Shown here piece after piece: positions 1-14,515 of a DNA stretch of 64,000 bases. Numbering within the stretch: the stretch's first letter is position 1; the number at the start of each line of letters is the position of its first letter. This DNA is from the human T2T-CHM13v2.0 reference genome, Homo sapiens, in NCBI RefSeq assembly GCF_009914755.1, contig NC_060927.1, one strand, 5' to 3'. Below the pieces are notes generated by a model, which made no database searches, was not told the DNA's origin, and worked only from the letters and a program-made list of their open reading frames with translations. Both the position numbers and the translations under genes were made by a program.

Positions 1-159
1 ATCATTGTGCAAACATCATACACTGTACTTACACAACCTATGTGGTATAGTGCACTACACACCAAAGCTATATGGTATTGCCTGTTGCTCCTAGGTTACA
101 GGCCTGTATAGCATGTTACTGTACTGAATGCTGTAGGCAATTGTAACACAGTAATAAGT
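1..159 (+). mobile_element. Tigger3/Golem (TcMar-Tigger DNA transposon), 5'-part fragment
   Basis: Matches recalled Tigger3 motif 'tgtgcaaacatcata...tacttacaca...gcatgttactgtactgaat.ctgtaggcaattgtaacaca'; interrupted at ~160 by Tigger1. Confidence 0.8.
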
Positions 160-991
160 GAGGCATATCTTGGAGACACTGTTGGTTCAGTCCAGACCAC
201 CACAGTAAAGTGAATAAAGCAAGTCACACAAATTTTTTGGTTTCCCAATGCATATAAGTTATGTTTACCCTATACGATAGTTTATTAGGTATGCAACAGC
301 ACTATGTCTAAAACAATAAATATGCATTAATTTAAAAATACTTCTTTGCAAAAATATTGCTAAGGAATATCGGAACCCTCAGTAAGTCATAATCTTTTGG
401 CTCGTGGTGGCTCTTGCCTCGACTGAGATGGCTGTTGACTGATTAAGGTGGTGAAAGATTTCTCTGAGCATGAGATGTTGTTTGACAGCATTTTACCCAC
501 AGTAGAACTTCTTTCAAAATTAGAGTCAATCCTCTCAAATCCTGCCACTACTTTGTCAACTAAATTTACATAGTAGTCTAAATTCTTGGGGGTCGTTTCA
601 ACAACTTTTACAACATCTTCACCAGGACTAATTTCCATCTCAAGAAATAACTTTCTTGGCTCATCCGTAAGAAGCAACTCCTCATCCATTCAAGTTTTAT
701 CATGAGATTGCAGAGATCCAATCACATCTTTAAGATCCACATTTAATTCTAGTTGTCTTGCTGTTTCCACATCTGCAGTTACTTTCTGCACTGAAGTCTT
801 AAATCCCTGAAAGCTATCCATGAGAGTTGAAATCAAATTTTTCTAAATTCCTGTTAATTTTATATTTTTACCCCCTTCCATAAATCACAAGTATTCTTAA
901 TGGCATATAGAATGGTGAATCCTTTGCAGAAGGCTTTCAACTTATTTTTGCCAAGATCCATCAGAAGAATCACCATCTATGGCAACTGTAG

Positions 992-1382
<391 letters not shown>

Positions 1383-2125
1383 ACTAAATGTATTTCTTAA
1401 ACCATAAGACTTAAAAGTCAAAATTACTCATTGATTCATAGGCTGCAGAATGGTTGCTATGCTAGCAGACATCAAAACAGCACTTATATCCTTGTTTATC
1501 TCCATAAGACCTCTTGGGAGACCAGGTGTATTGTTAATGAGCAGTAATATTTTTAAAGAAATCTCAACAGTGGGCTTAAAATGTTCAGTAAACCATGCTA
1601 TAAACAGATGTGCTGTCATCCAGGCTTTGATAATCAATTTACAGAGCACAAGCAGGATAGATTTAACATAATTCCTAAGGGCCCTAAAATTTTCAGAATG
1701 ATAACTGAGCATTGGTTTCCACTTAAAGTCACCAGCTACATTAGCCACTAGCCACTGACAAGACAGTCTGTCATTTGAAGCTTTTAAACTAGGTGTTTAG
1801 TGTAGACACTTTCATCACTTACCTTAGCTAGATCTTCTGGATAACATGCTGCAGCTTCTACATCAGCACTTGATGCTTCCCCTTGCACTTTTATTTTATA
1901 CAGATGGCTTCTTTTCTTAACCCTTATGAACCAAACTCTGTTAGCTTCTAACTTTTTTTCTGAAGCTTCTTCACCTCTCTCATCCTTTATAGAATTGAAG
2001 AGAGTTAGAGCCTTGCTCTGGATTAGGGTTTGGCTTAATGAAATATTGTAGCTGGTTTGATCTTCTATCCATATCAACAATAGGGCTGTTTTACTTTCTT
2101 ATTATTCTTTTTTTATTTATTTTAC

Positions 2126-2231
2126 AAAAGTATGGAATGCTTCACGAATTTGCGTGTCATTGTTACCCAGGGACCATGCTAATCATCTGTATCATTCCAC
2201 ATTTTAGGATATGTGCTGCTGAAGTGAGCAC
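2126..2231 (-). pseudogene. RNU6: U6 snRNA processed pseudogene, full length, with poly(A) tail and TSD
   Basis: Reverse complement reads GTGCTCACTTCAGCAGCACATATCCTAAAATGTGGAATGATACAGATGATTAGCATGGTCCCTGGGTAACAATGACACGCAAATTCGTGAAGCATTCCATACTTTT (U6-like end to end); T-rich tail ~2108-2125; TSD actttc(t/c)tattattcttt at 2093-2110 and 2232-2249. Confidence 0.95.
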
Positions 2232-3045
2232 ACTTTCCTATTATTCTTTTGTTCACTGAAGTAGCACTTTTAATTTCTTTCAACAGCTTTTCCTTGCATT
2301 CACAACTTGGCTAACTGTATGGCAAAGAGGCTGAGCTTTCGGCCTGTCTTGGCTCTCGATATGCCTTCCTCACTAACCTTCATCATTTCTAGATTTTTAT
2401 TTAGAGTGAGAGATGTGTGACTCTTCCTTTCCCTTGAACAATTAGAGGCAATTGTAGGGTTTTAATTGACCTAATTTCAAAATTATTGTGTCTTAGGGAA
2501 TAGGGAGGCCCATGGAGAGGGAAAGAGATGTGGGAACAGCCAGTCAGTGGAGCAGTTGCAACACACACATTTATCAATTAAGTTTTTCATCTTATTTTAT
2601 TTTTATCATGCATTATTATGGTTTTTAAAATTTATTTTTCCATAAGTTATTACCATTTTATTTATTTATTTATTTTTCCATAAGTTATTGGAATAGCGGT
2701 GGTATCTGGTTACATGAATAAATTCTTTAGTGATGATTTGTGAGATTTCGGTGCACCCATCACCCTAGCAGGTGTACATATACACTGCATCCTATTTGTA
2801 GCCTTTTATCTCTCGCCCTTCCCTCTCTTCTCTACAACTCCCCAAAGTCCATTGTATCATTCTTATGCCTTTGCGTCCTCATAGCTTAGCTCCCACATAT
2901 CAGTGAGAACATACGATGTTTGCTTTTCCATTCCTGAGTTACTTCACTTAGAAGAACAGTCTCCAATCTCATCCAGGTCACTGCAAATGCTGTTAATTCA
3001 TTCTTTTTTATGGCTGAGTAGTATTCCGTTATATATATGGAATAC

Positions 3046-3137
3046 TTCACTATGTTGCAAGGCTGGTCTCGAACTCCTGGCCTCAAGTGATCTACCTACC
3101 TTGGCCTCCCAAAGTGCTGGGACTACAGGTGTGAGCC
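3046..3137 (-). mobile_element. Alu left-monomer internal fragment (FLAM/AluJ-like), no tail
   Basis: 'ttcactatgttgcaaggctggtctcgaactcctggcctcaagtgatc...gtgagcc' lying inside an L1 (TA)n stretch. Confidence 0.85.
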
Positions 3138-3140
3138 TGG

Positions 3141-3170
3141 TATATCTATCTATCTATCTATATCTATCTG

Positions 3171-3216
<46 letters not shown>

Positions 3217-3232
3217 AATCATCTATCCATCT
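3141..3232. repeat. (TCTA)n tetranucleotide microsatellite
   Basis: About 20 near-perfect TCTA units. Confidence 0.95.
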
Positions 3233-3540
3233 ACCACCACAGTTTCTTTATCCACTCGTTGATTGATGGGCATTTGGGTTGGTTCCACGATTTTGCTATT
3301 GTGAATTGTGTGCAAGTATCTTTTTCAAATAATGACTTCTTTTCCTCTGGGTAGATACCCAGTAGTGGGATTGCTGAGTCAAATGGTAGTTCTACTTTTA
3401 GTTCTTTAAGGAATCTCCACACAGTTTCCCATAGTGGCTGTACTAGTTTACATTCCCACCAGCAGTGTAGAAATGCTCCCTGTTTACCACATCTATGCCA
3501 GCATCTACTTTTTTTAATTTTTTGATTATGGCTATTCCCA

Positions 3541-4337
3541 CGACATTCTGCTAGCCTAGAGGTCTTAGTTGCAGAGGGAAGTACACTGCCACCAAGAGTC
3601 ACAACAATGATTCCATTAAACTGGAAGTTAAGATTGCCACCTGGACACTTTGGGATCCTCCTACCTTTAAGTCAACAGGCTAAGAGGGGAGTTACAGTGT
3701 TGGCTGGAATGACTGACCCAGACTATCAAGATAAAATCAGTCTACTACTACACAAGGGAGGTAAGGAAGAGTATGCATGGAATACAGCAGATCCCTTGGT
3801 GTCTCTTAGTATTACCATGCCCTGTGATTAAGGTCAATGGGAAACTACAACAACTCAATCCAGGCAGGACTACAAATGACCCAGACCCTTCAGGAATGAA
3901 GGTTTGGGTCACCCCACTAGGAAAAAAAACACGACCTGCTGAGGTGCTTGCTGAAGGCAAAGGGAATGCAGAATGGGTAGTAGAAGAAGGTAGTCATCAA
4001 TACCAGCTAAGTGACCTAAATGAGGACTGTAATTGTCTTGAGTATTTCCTCCTTCTTTTGTTAAAAACATGTTTGTGCATATATACACTTGTACTAAGAA
4101 AATATCTTCATTTTATTTTTTTCCTATATTATGTGACATGAGATTTATTAACTTCATATCAGCATTTAAGTATTGTTAATTTTATGGGGTAGCATTTGGA
4201 TTGGGGATTTGTGTATTTCTGGTTGTACAAAGGATAGTTGTTACATGTTAGGCATAATTATTACCTTATTATTGTCTTTATTGGAAGATTCTGATCTCAG
4301 GAGTTGTGTATGGGTTCAAGTTGACAAGGTGTGGACT
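3541..4337 (+). mobile_element. HERV-L internal 3' fragment (dUTPase region and 3' internal sequence)
   Basis: ORF 3607-3831 IPLNWKLRLPPGHFGILLP..VLAGMTDPDYQDKISLLL resembles the ERV-L dUTPase (motif GxIDxDYxGEI); ends at a PPT-like 'aaggtgtggact' adjoining the LTR. Confidence 0.88.
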
Positions 4338-4803
4338 TGTGATGTTTGATACTGAATGTCAACTTGACTAAAGGATGCAAAGTATTGATTCTGTGTGTGT
4401 CTGTGAGGGTGCTGCCAAAAGGGATTAACATTTGAGTTAGTGGTCTAGGAAAGGCATACCCACCCATAATCTGGGTGGGCACCATCTAATCAGCTGCCAG
4501 TGTGGCCAGAATAAAAAGCATGCAGAAGAACCTGAGGAGACTAGACTGGCTTAGCATCCCAGCCTACATCTTTCTCATGCTGGATGTTTCCTGCCCTCAA
4601 ACATGGGACTCCAAGTTCTTTGGCTTTGGAACTTGGACTGGCTTCCTTGCTCTCAGCTGGCAGATGACCTATTGTGGGACCTTGGAATCATATGAATTAA
4701 TATTCCTTATTAAACTCCCCTTTATATATATATATCTATAAAGGGGAGTTTATATATATATATATATCCTATTAGGTCTGTCCCTCTAGAAAATCCTAAC
4801 ACA
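4338..4803 (+). mobile_element. MLT2A LTR (3' LTR of HERV-L)
   Basis: TG...CA termini; 'tgtgatg..gtcaacttga..ggatgcaaagtattgat..tgtccctctaga..aaca'. Confidence 0.9.
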
Positions 4804-6799
4804 AGGATCCATTTCATTCTCCTACATGTGGCTTGCCAATTATCCCAGCCCCATTTGTTGTATAGGGTATCCTTTCCCCACTTTTTGTTTCTGTTTGGTT
4901 TGTCAAAGATCAATTGAGTGTAAGTATTTGGCTTTATTTCTTGGTCCTCTATTCTGTTCCATTGGTCTATGTGCCTATTTTTATACCAGTAACATGCTGT
5001 GTTGGTGACTATAACCTTGTAGTATAGTCTGAAGTCGGGTAATGTGATGCCTCCAGATTTGTTCTTTTTGCTTAGTCTTGCTTTGGCTATGTGGGCTTTT
5101 TAGTTCCATATAAATTTTAGGATTTGGTTTTTTTAGTTCTGTGAAGAATGATGATGGTATTTTGATAGGAATTGCATTGAATTTGTAGATTGCTTTTAAC
5201 AGTATGGTCATTTTCAATATATTGTTTCCACCCATCGATGATCATGGGATGTGTTTCCATATGTTCATGTCATCTATAATTTCTTTCAGCTGTGTAGTTT
5301 TCCTTGTAGAGCTCTTTCACCTCCTTGGGTAGGTATATTCCTAATAATTTTTTTTTTTGGTGCAGCTGTGTAAAAGGGGTTGAGTTCTTGATTTGATTCT
5401 CAGCTTGTTCATTGTTGGTGGATAGCAGTGCTACTGATTTGTGTACATTAATTTTGTACCCAGAAGCTTTAATGAACTCATATATCAGTTCCAGGAGCTT
5501 TTTGGATGAGTCTTTAGGGTTTTCTGGCTATGTGTTCATATCATTGGCAAACATCACAGTTTGACATTCTGTTTCCTATTTGGATGTTCTTTATTTCTTT
5601 CTCTTGTATGACAGCTCTGGCTAGGACTTCCAGTGCTATTTTGAATAGAAGTGGTAAAAGCAGGTATTTTTGTCTTATTTCAGTCCTCAGGGGGAATGTT
5701 TTCAACTTTTCCCCATTCAGTATAATGTTGACTGTGGGTTTGTCATGGATGGCTTTTATTACCTTAAGGTATGTCCCTTCTATGCCGATTTTGCTGAGGT
5801 TTTTAATCATAAAGGATACTGGATTATGTCAAATGCTTTTTCTGTGTCTATTGAGATGATCATGTGATTTTTGTTTTTAATTCTATTCATGTGCTATATC
5901 ACATTTATTGACTTGTGTATGTTAAACCGTCCCTGCATCCCTGGTATGAAACCCACCTGATCATGGTGGATTATCTTTTTGATATGCTGTGAGATTTGGT
6001 GAGCTAGTGTTTTGTTGAGAATTTTTGCATCTATGTTCATCAGGATATTAGTCTGTAGTTTTCTTTCTTTCTTTCTTTCTTTTTTTTTTTTATTTTGTTA
6101 CTTCCTTTCCTGGTTTTGGTATTAGGGTGATACGGGCTTCATAGAATGATTTAGAGAGGATTTACTTTTTCTCTATCCTGTGGAATAGTGTCAATCGGAT
6201 TGGTACCAATTCTTCTTTGAATGTCTGATAGAATTCAGCTGTGAATTTGTCTGGTCTTGGAATTTTTTTGTTGGCATTTTAAAAAAGTTACCATTTCAAT
6301 CTTGCTGCTTGTTATTGGTCTGCTCAGAGTTTCTATTTTTTCCTTGTTTAATCTAGGAGGGTTTTATATCTCTAGAAGGTTATCCATCTCCTCTAGGTTT
6401 TCTACTTTGTCTTCATAAAGGTATTCATAGTAGCCTTGAATTATCTTTTGCATTTCTGTGTTATTGGTTGTAATATCTCCCATCTTGTTTCTAATTGAGC
6501 TTATTTGGATATTCTTTCTTCTTGGCTAATCTTGCTAATGGTTTATCAATTTTATTTATCTTTTCAAAGAACCAGCCTTTTGTTTCATTTGTCTTTTGTG
6601 TTTTTTTGTTTCAAATTCATTTAGTTCTGCTGCACTGATCTTTGTTATTTCTTTTCTTCTGCTGGGTTTGGTTTGTTTTTGTTTCTGTAGTTCCTTAAGG
6701 TGTGAACCGAGATCATCTAGTTGTGCTCTTTCAGACTTTTTGATGTGGGCCTTTAAGGCTATGAACTTTCCTCTTAGCACTGCTTTTGCTGTATCCCAA

Positions 6800-7110
<311 letters not shown>

Positions 7111-7121
7111 TCCCAGAGGGC

Positions 7122-7269
7122 ATGTATATGTATATATATACACATACACATATATACACACATATATATACACATATATATACATATATATACACACATA
7201 TATACACATATATACACACATATATACATATATATACACATATATATACACACATATATATATACACAT
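7122..7269. repeat. (TA/CA)n compound microsatellite
   Basis: tatatacaca-type repeats. Confidence 0.95.
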
Positions 7270-7449
7270 AGAAAACTATTTGTATATATATATTTTTATA
7301 TATATAGTTTGATGTGTCTTTGTCTGGCTTCAGTATCAGGCTAGTTAGTGCTGACTTCGTAGAATATATATATATATTTATATATATACACACACATATA
7401 AGAAAACTATTTGTATATATATATTTATATATATATAAATATATATATA

Positions 7450-8980
7450 GTTTGATGTGTCTTTGTCTGGCTTCAGTATCAAGCTAGTTAGTGCTGACTT
7501 CATAGAATAAGTTTGGAAGTAGTCCCTTCTGTTGTATTTTTTAGAATAATTTCATCAGGACTGTTATTTGTTTTTCTTTAATCATTTGGTAAAATTCAGC
7601 AGTGAAGCCATTAGTTTCTAGGCCTTTCTTTGATGGGAGACTTTTTATTAGGCTTCAATCATGTTACCTGCTGTTGGTTTGTTCAGGCTTTTTATTTCTT
7701 CATGGTTCAATATTGGTAAGTCATATATATTTAGAAATTTATCCATTTCTTCTGGGTTTCCCAATTTATTGTCATATAATTGCTCATAGTAGCCCCTAAC
7801 CATCCTTTGAATTCCTGTGATATCAGTTGTAATGTCTCCTTTTTTATCTCTGATTTTATTTATTTGGGTCTTCTGTCTTTTCTTCTTATTCTGGCTAAAG
7901 AGTTGTCAATTCTGTTGATCTTTTCAAAAAGCAGTTGTTTGTTTCATTGAACCTTTGCATTCCTTTATTTCAATTATATTCATTTCTGCTCTGATCTTCT
8001 TATTTCCTTTCTTCTACTAATTTTGGTTTTGCTTGCTCTTGCTTTTCTAGTTCTTGAAGATGCATTGTTAGGTTGTTAATTTGACATTTTTCTACTTTTT
8101 TGATGTAGGCACTTATAGCTATAAACTTACCTCTGAGCATTCATTTCACTGTATCTGATAGATTTTGGTATATTTTGTCTTCATTATCATTTATTTAGAT
8201 AAATTTTTCAATTTTCATCTTGATTTCTTCATTGATACACTGGTCATTCAGGAACATATTATTTAGTTTCCATATGTTCATAGAATTCTAAAATTGTTTT
8301 TATTATTGATTTCATTTATTCCACTGTGGCTAGAGGAGATAATTGGTATTATTTTATTTCTTTGAATGTTTTAAAATTTATTTTTTACCTAACATATGAT
8401 CTGTCCTTGAGAGTAATTCATGCATTGAGAAGAATGTGTATTCTTCAGCCACTGGATGAAACTATTTGTAAATATTTGCTGGGTCAATTTGTTCTGTAGT
8501 ACACATTAAGTCTGATGTTTCTTTGTTGATTGGGGTCAATCTCTCTATTTATTTCTAATAATATTTGCTTTATATATCTGAGTGCTCCAGTGTTGGTGCA
8601 TATATATTTACAACTGTTACATCCTTTTGCTGAATTTACCCTTTTATTATTATATAATAATCTTCTTTGTCTCTTCTTATAGTTTCTGTCTCGAAATCTA
8701 TCTTGTCTGATATACGTATAGCTACTCCTATTCTTTTTTGGTTGCCATTTGCATGTAATATCCTTTTCCATCCCTTTATTTTTAGTCTATGTGCATCTTT
8801 ATAGGTAAAGTGTGTTTCTTGTAGGCAACAGATCATTGAGTCTTGGTGTTTCATCCATTCAGCCACTTTGACTTTTGATTTCAGAGGTTAGTCTGTTTAC
8901 ATTTAATGTTACTACTGATCGATAAGGAGTTCTGCCATTGTCTTGTTTTTGAGTTGTTTTGCGGTCTTCTCTTTCTTCCT
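7450..8980 (-). mobile_element. Older L1M/L1MA fragment (ORF2 endonuclease and linker region)
   Basis: ORF 8636-8866 ICCLQETHFTYKDAHRLKIKGWKRILHANGNQKRIGVAI = L1 endonuclease; overlaps in consensus position with the upstream L1PB, so it is a separate copy. Confidence 0.88.
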
Positions 8981-9572
8981 TTTTAAACTTTTTTGTTAAA
9001 AACTAAGACACAAGCATATACATTATCCCAGGCCTTCACAGGGTCAGGATCATTGATATCACTGTCTTCCACCTCCACATCTTGTCCCACTGGAAGGTTT
9101 TCAGGGGCAATAACACGCATGGAGCTGTCATCTCCTATGATAACAATGCCTTCTTCTGGAATACGCCCTGAAAAACCTATCTGAGGCTGTTTTACACACA
9201 TATATGTGTATGTAATATACATATGTGTGTATGTAATATACATATGTGTGTATGTAATATACATATATATGAATTAGTATACTCTTAAATGAATAAAATG
9301 TACAGTAAATACATAAACAAGCTACATAGTCATTATACTGTCATCAAGTATTATGTAATAATTACATGTGATAGGCTTTTATATGACTGGCATGCAGGTT
9401 TCTTTACGCCGGCTTCACTGCAAACACATGAGTAATGTGTTATACTATGATGTTAAGGTGGCTACAGTGTCACTAGGTGATAGGAATTTTTCAGCTCTAT
9501 TATAATCTTATGGGGTCAACATCATATATGCAGCTTGTCACTGACTGATACATGGTTGTGATTTATGACTAT
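8981..9572 (+). mobile_element. Tigger3b 3' part (continuation of the element at 1-159), containing a 21-bp x3 minisatellite at ~9200-9268
   Basis: 'ttgttaaaaactaagacaca..cagggtcaggatcat..catggagctgtcatctcctatgataacaatgcc..gtcactaggtgataggaatttttcagctc.attataatcttatggg'. Confidence 0.85.
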
Positions 9573-9578
9573 ATATGT

Positions 9579-9624
9579 ATTAAGTTGATGCAAAAGTAAT
9601 TGCAGTTTCTGCCATTACTTTTAA
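9579..9624 (+). mobile_element. MADE1 (Hsmar1 MITE), about half
   Basis: 'ttaagttgatgcaaaagtaattgcagtttctgccattacttttaa' matches one arm of MADE1. Confidence 0.8.
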
Positions 9625-9741
9625 GTTCCTTTTCACCTCTTTCCTCTCTCCTGCTGTTTAGTTTGAAAATAACATATCAATCATTGAGTTTAAACACTCT
9701 GAACTAGCATATTTGTTGAAAATTTTGATTTATCTAAAAAA

Positions 9742-10470
9742 AAATTTATTGAATGCCTACTAATTGTCAGGCATTTCTCTGAGTTCTTGGGAAACAACAG
9801 TAAACAAAACAGATCTCTAACCTGTGATGTTTACATATACATGCTTACAAACATTATATATATTCACAAATAAATATAACAAATATCTAAATTATGTATA
9901 ATGTTGGAAAATGATAAGTGCTGTAGGAAAAACAGAAAAGACAGAGCCATTTCATATGGGAAGTGGAGGCAGATTACAATTTTATATAAAGTGATTAGGA
10001 CAGACTTCATTAAGAAGGTATTATTTTTGCAAAATTCAAAGAAGGAAGAAAATTAGTCAAGAGGATACCTAGAGGAAGATGGTCTCAGGAAGACAAAATA
10101 ACTTGTACAAAGACCCTGAGTTGTAAGTACACTGGTGCTGTTGAGACAGAGTAAGGAGACCAGTGTAGTTAGAAAAGTGTAAGTGAGGTATAGAGAACCA
10201 GGAAAAAAAAAGTCAGAGAAGAAAGGGCTGATCATCCTGGCCTTGGAAGCCAGTATAAGGAGTCAAGCTTTCATTCTTAGTGAAACGGAAGCCATTGCTG
10301 TGCTTTGAGCAGTGATGTGACATTATCAGTCTAGTCTTTTAGAAGGATTTCTCTGGCTGCTTCAATGAGAATAGAAAATAGGGGCAAAGAGAGAAACAGG
10401 GAGACCAGCGTGGAGGCAAGACATGATGAAACAGGGTGGTAGCAGTGATGGTGGTGAGAAGTGGTCAGGT
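9742..10470 (-). mobile_element. L2 3' fragment
   Basis: 'tttattgaatgcctact..gtcaggca..gtaaacaaaacaga' ... 'ggtagcagtgatggtggtgagaagtggtcag'. Confidence 0.75.
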
Positions 10471-10656
10471 ATATAAGTTTATGCCTTTTATACAGTTTTT
10501 TTGCTGCAATCAGACTTTCTAGAAAGTATGCAGACCATGTCTCTTTTGACCACAGTTGTTTCCCTGAGTTCCTGGTACAAGAGCAGATAAATAGTAAGAA
10601 CTTAATAATATTATATTTTGGATATAAAATAAGGTTTTAGAAAAAAACTAGCTATT

Positions 10657-10978
<322 letters not shown>

Positions 10979-11024
10979 CTATTACTTGTCAAGTATATGA
11001 TCTTACTATTTTATACAAATTTCT

Positions 11025-11195
11025 GATGTAAACCTCAGCACAACCCTGTGCAGTTAGTACTATTATTATCTCCACTTTACTGATGAGGTAGCTGAAGCAC
11101 AGAATGGTTACAAACTTACCTAACCTAGCCAGTGGCAGAGCCGAGACTTTAGGTCATCTGATTGCAGGATATCTGTTCTTAACACCATGCAGCAC
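11025..11195 (-). mobile_element. MIR
   Basis: Core 'caaccctgtg..tactattattatctccactttactgatgagg.agctgaagcacaga'. Confidence 0.75.
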
Positions 11196-12689
11196 TGCTT
11201 TAAAGAACTGTAAGTCATAATTCACTATATAATTCATGGATTCAAAAATATGAGATTTTATGCTTGGTATCTGTTCATTTTCATAACTGCAGAAACATGA
11301 TAGGTAAGGTACACAGAGACACTAAGATAAAATGTACTTTCTTTGTGAAATTATATCACCCACACTAAGAAAACCTAAAATGTGCCATAAAAAGAAGCAA
11401 ATTGTTGGTGATAGCATTTGAAATTGTACCTTTTATTTTTATTCAGTCTGGAATATGTTGGAGTAGAAAATGTACCATGAGCAATTTGTTGCCTGAAACA
11501 CTAAAATGGCTTTCTGGCAAACTAAGATAATACATCTTCTCGTGTAAATTTTATTTGAATGCATAGAATTCTTGCATTTAAACTTAGTAATGCTACATTT
11601 TTCCAACTCTGTTAGTGGTGCATTTTTAAGATATATGACTAAAGAATCCAATTATACACCTCAGGGCACAACGAACAGCCAGAAAAGGGCTTTATTTAGA
11701 AATGCAGCAGACCTTACTTTTAAACCTCTAAAAGGAAAAAAATAAAGCCACACAATTGAGGATTAATGAACCATATGCAAAATTTAGTGAATAATTTATT
11801 TAGCAAAATAGAGTACATGAAAGAGGTATGTGAAAAATTAGCACTGTCATTTCTGGAGTGTTTAATATTGTAGTAAAATTGAAACACAAAAAAAGGATGT
11901 ACAGTCGGTTATTAAGAGAGAGAATTTTATCAGTGGAGAGTAATGATCCAAACATGCTGATGTGTTTTCGATGGCACAGAGCTGTCATGAACTTCCCCAG
12001 GTCTATAGAATATTAAGAAATTCCTAGTAAAAAAGCTCCTTTGTCTAGAAATCAAGTTAAAAATATACACATGTCTTAAAAGACACATGCAGAGAACCTA
12101 TTAATGTGTGAGAATTTCAATTTTCTGATTTTTAAAATATACATCTTTTCACAAGCACCCTGTATAGTCAGAAATATAAATGTGCCTTGCATTACCAATT
12201 AGATGACATCCTGAAAATGTGTCTCAAGAGAACACATTTTTCCCCTTGTTCTATTATAACAGATTTATGTTTAAAATGTAAGAAACAATTCCCTCAAAAT
12301 ACTTCCATGCATGGTTCATCTATTGTCCCAAATAATTCAGCAAAAAAAGAAATCATGGTAGTCAAACATCACTTTTTTGGGGTATACTTATTAAAACAAA
12401 GTGAACTTTACTTAAAAAGTACATCAGCCACAGGAACATCAAATATTAAGATTTGCTTGACACTTAAGATGAAAATCAGAAATCTGCTACCCAGAAATCA
12501 TGAAAATTTGCTTTCACATACTGCCTGATTAAATACTTTATTCGAAAGAAGACAGCTACATAAGTTGTTAGGAATGACTTCCAGACTTAATTTGAACACA
12601 TTCACAAATATTCCTTGACTATATTATTTGTACCAAGAAATATTCAAGGCTGTGAGTTGAGGAATTTAAAGATTCCTTCCTTCTTTGAG

Positions 12690-14060
<1,371 letters not shown>

Positions 14061-14064
14061 GAAG

Positions 14065-14515
14065 GTTGTTCTAATTATCTATTGATGCATAACAAATGAT
14101 CCAAAAATTTAGTAGCATAAAACAATGCCTATTTTATGTGTTTATGATTCTGTGGCTCAGCAATTCAGGCAGGAAGATGTAGGCATGGTTTGTTATGTGT
14201 GGAACCTCAGCTGAGGTGGCCCAAATAAGTAAGATGGCTGGGTCACAAATCTAGGGCCTTAGTTCTTCTATACCCAGTCTCTCAGCATATTAGTTTGGAC
14301 TCCATTACAGCATGGAGCTCTCAGGGTAGTCAAATGCCTTATGGGGGTGGTTTAGGATTCTGAGAGGCCAAAGCAGAAGTTGCCGTTCTCTTAAATGTTG
14401 GCCCAAACAGGCACAGAGTCCCTTCTGCCATAACTTACTGGTCAAATCATAATTAACATTCAGCCCATATTTGATTAAAGGAGAAACAGACCACACCTGA
14501 TCATCTTTAATTTTC
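14065..14515 (-). mobile_element. MLT1 (G/H/I-like) MaLR LTR
   Basis: 'ttatctattgatgcataacaaat...aaaatttagtagcataaaacaa...ttctgtggctcagcaattcagg'. Confidence 0.7.

Larger units (their letters stand above)
2600..6801 (-). mobile_element. L1PB(1)-like LINE, 5'-truncated, interrupted
   Basis: L1PB 3' end 'ggttacatgaataaattctttagtg...cccaaagtccattgtatcattcttatgcctttgcgtcc'; ORF2 fragments ([13 protein letters not shown]; [16 protein letters not shown]; [16 protein letters not shown]). Confidence 0.9.

Noticed and set aside
9200-9268. Regularly spaced 21-bp repeats as a CRISPR-like array
   Set aside because: Head-to-tail minisatellite with no unique spacers; eukaryotic context and no cas genes.
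12187-12528. 113-aa ORF in unique sequence
   Set aside because: Non-ATG start, composition typical of AT-rich non-coding DNA, no homology recognised.
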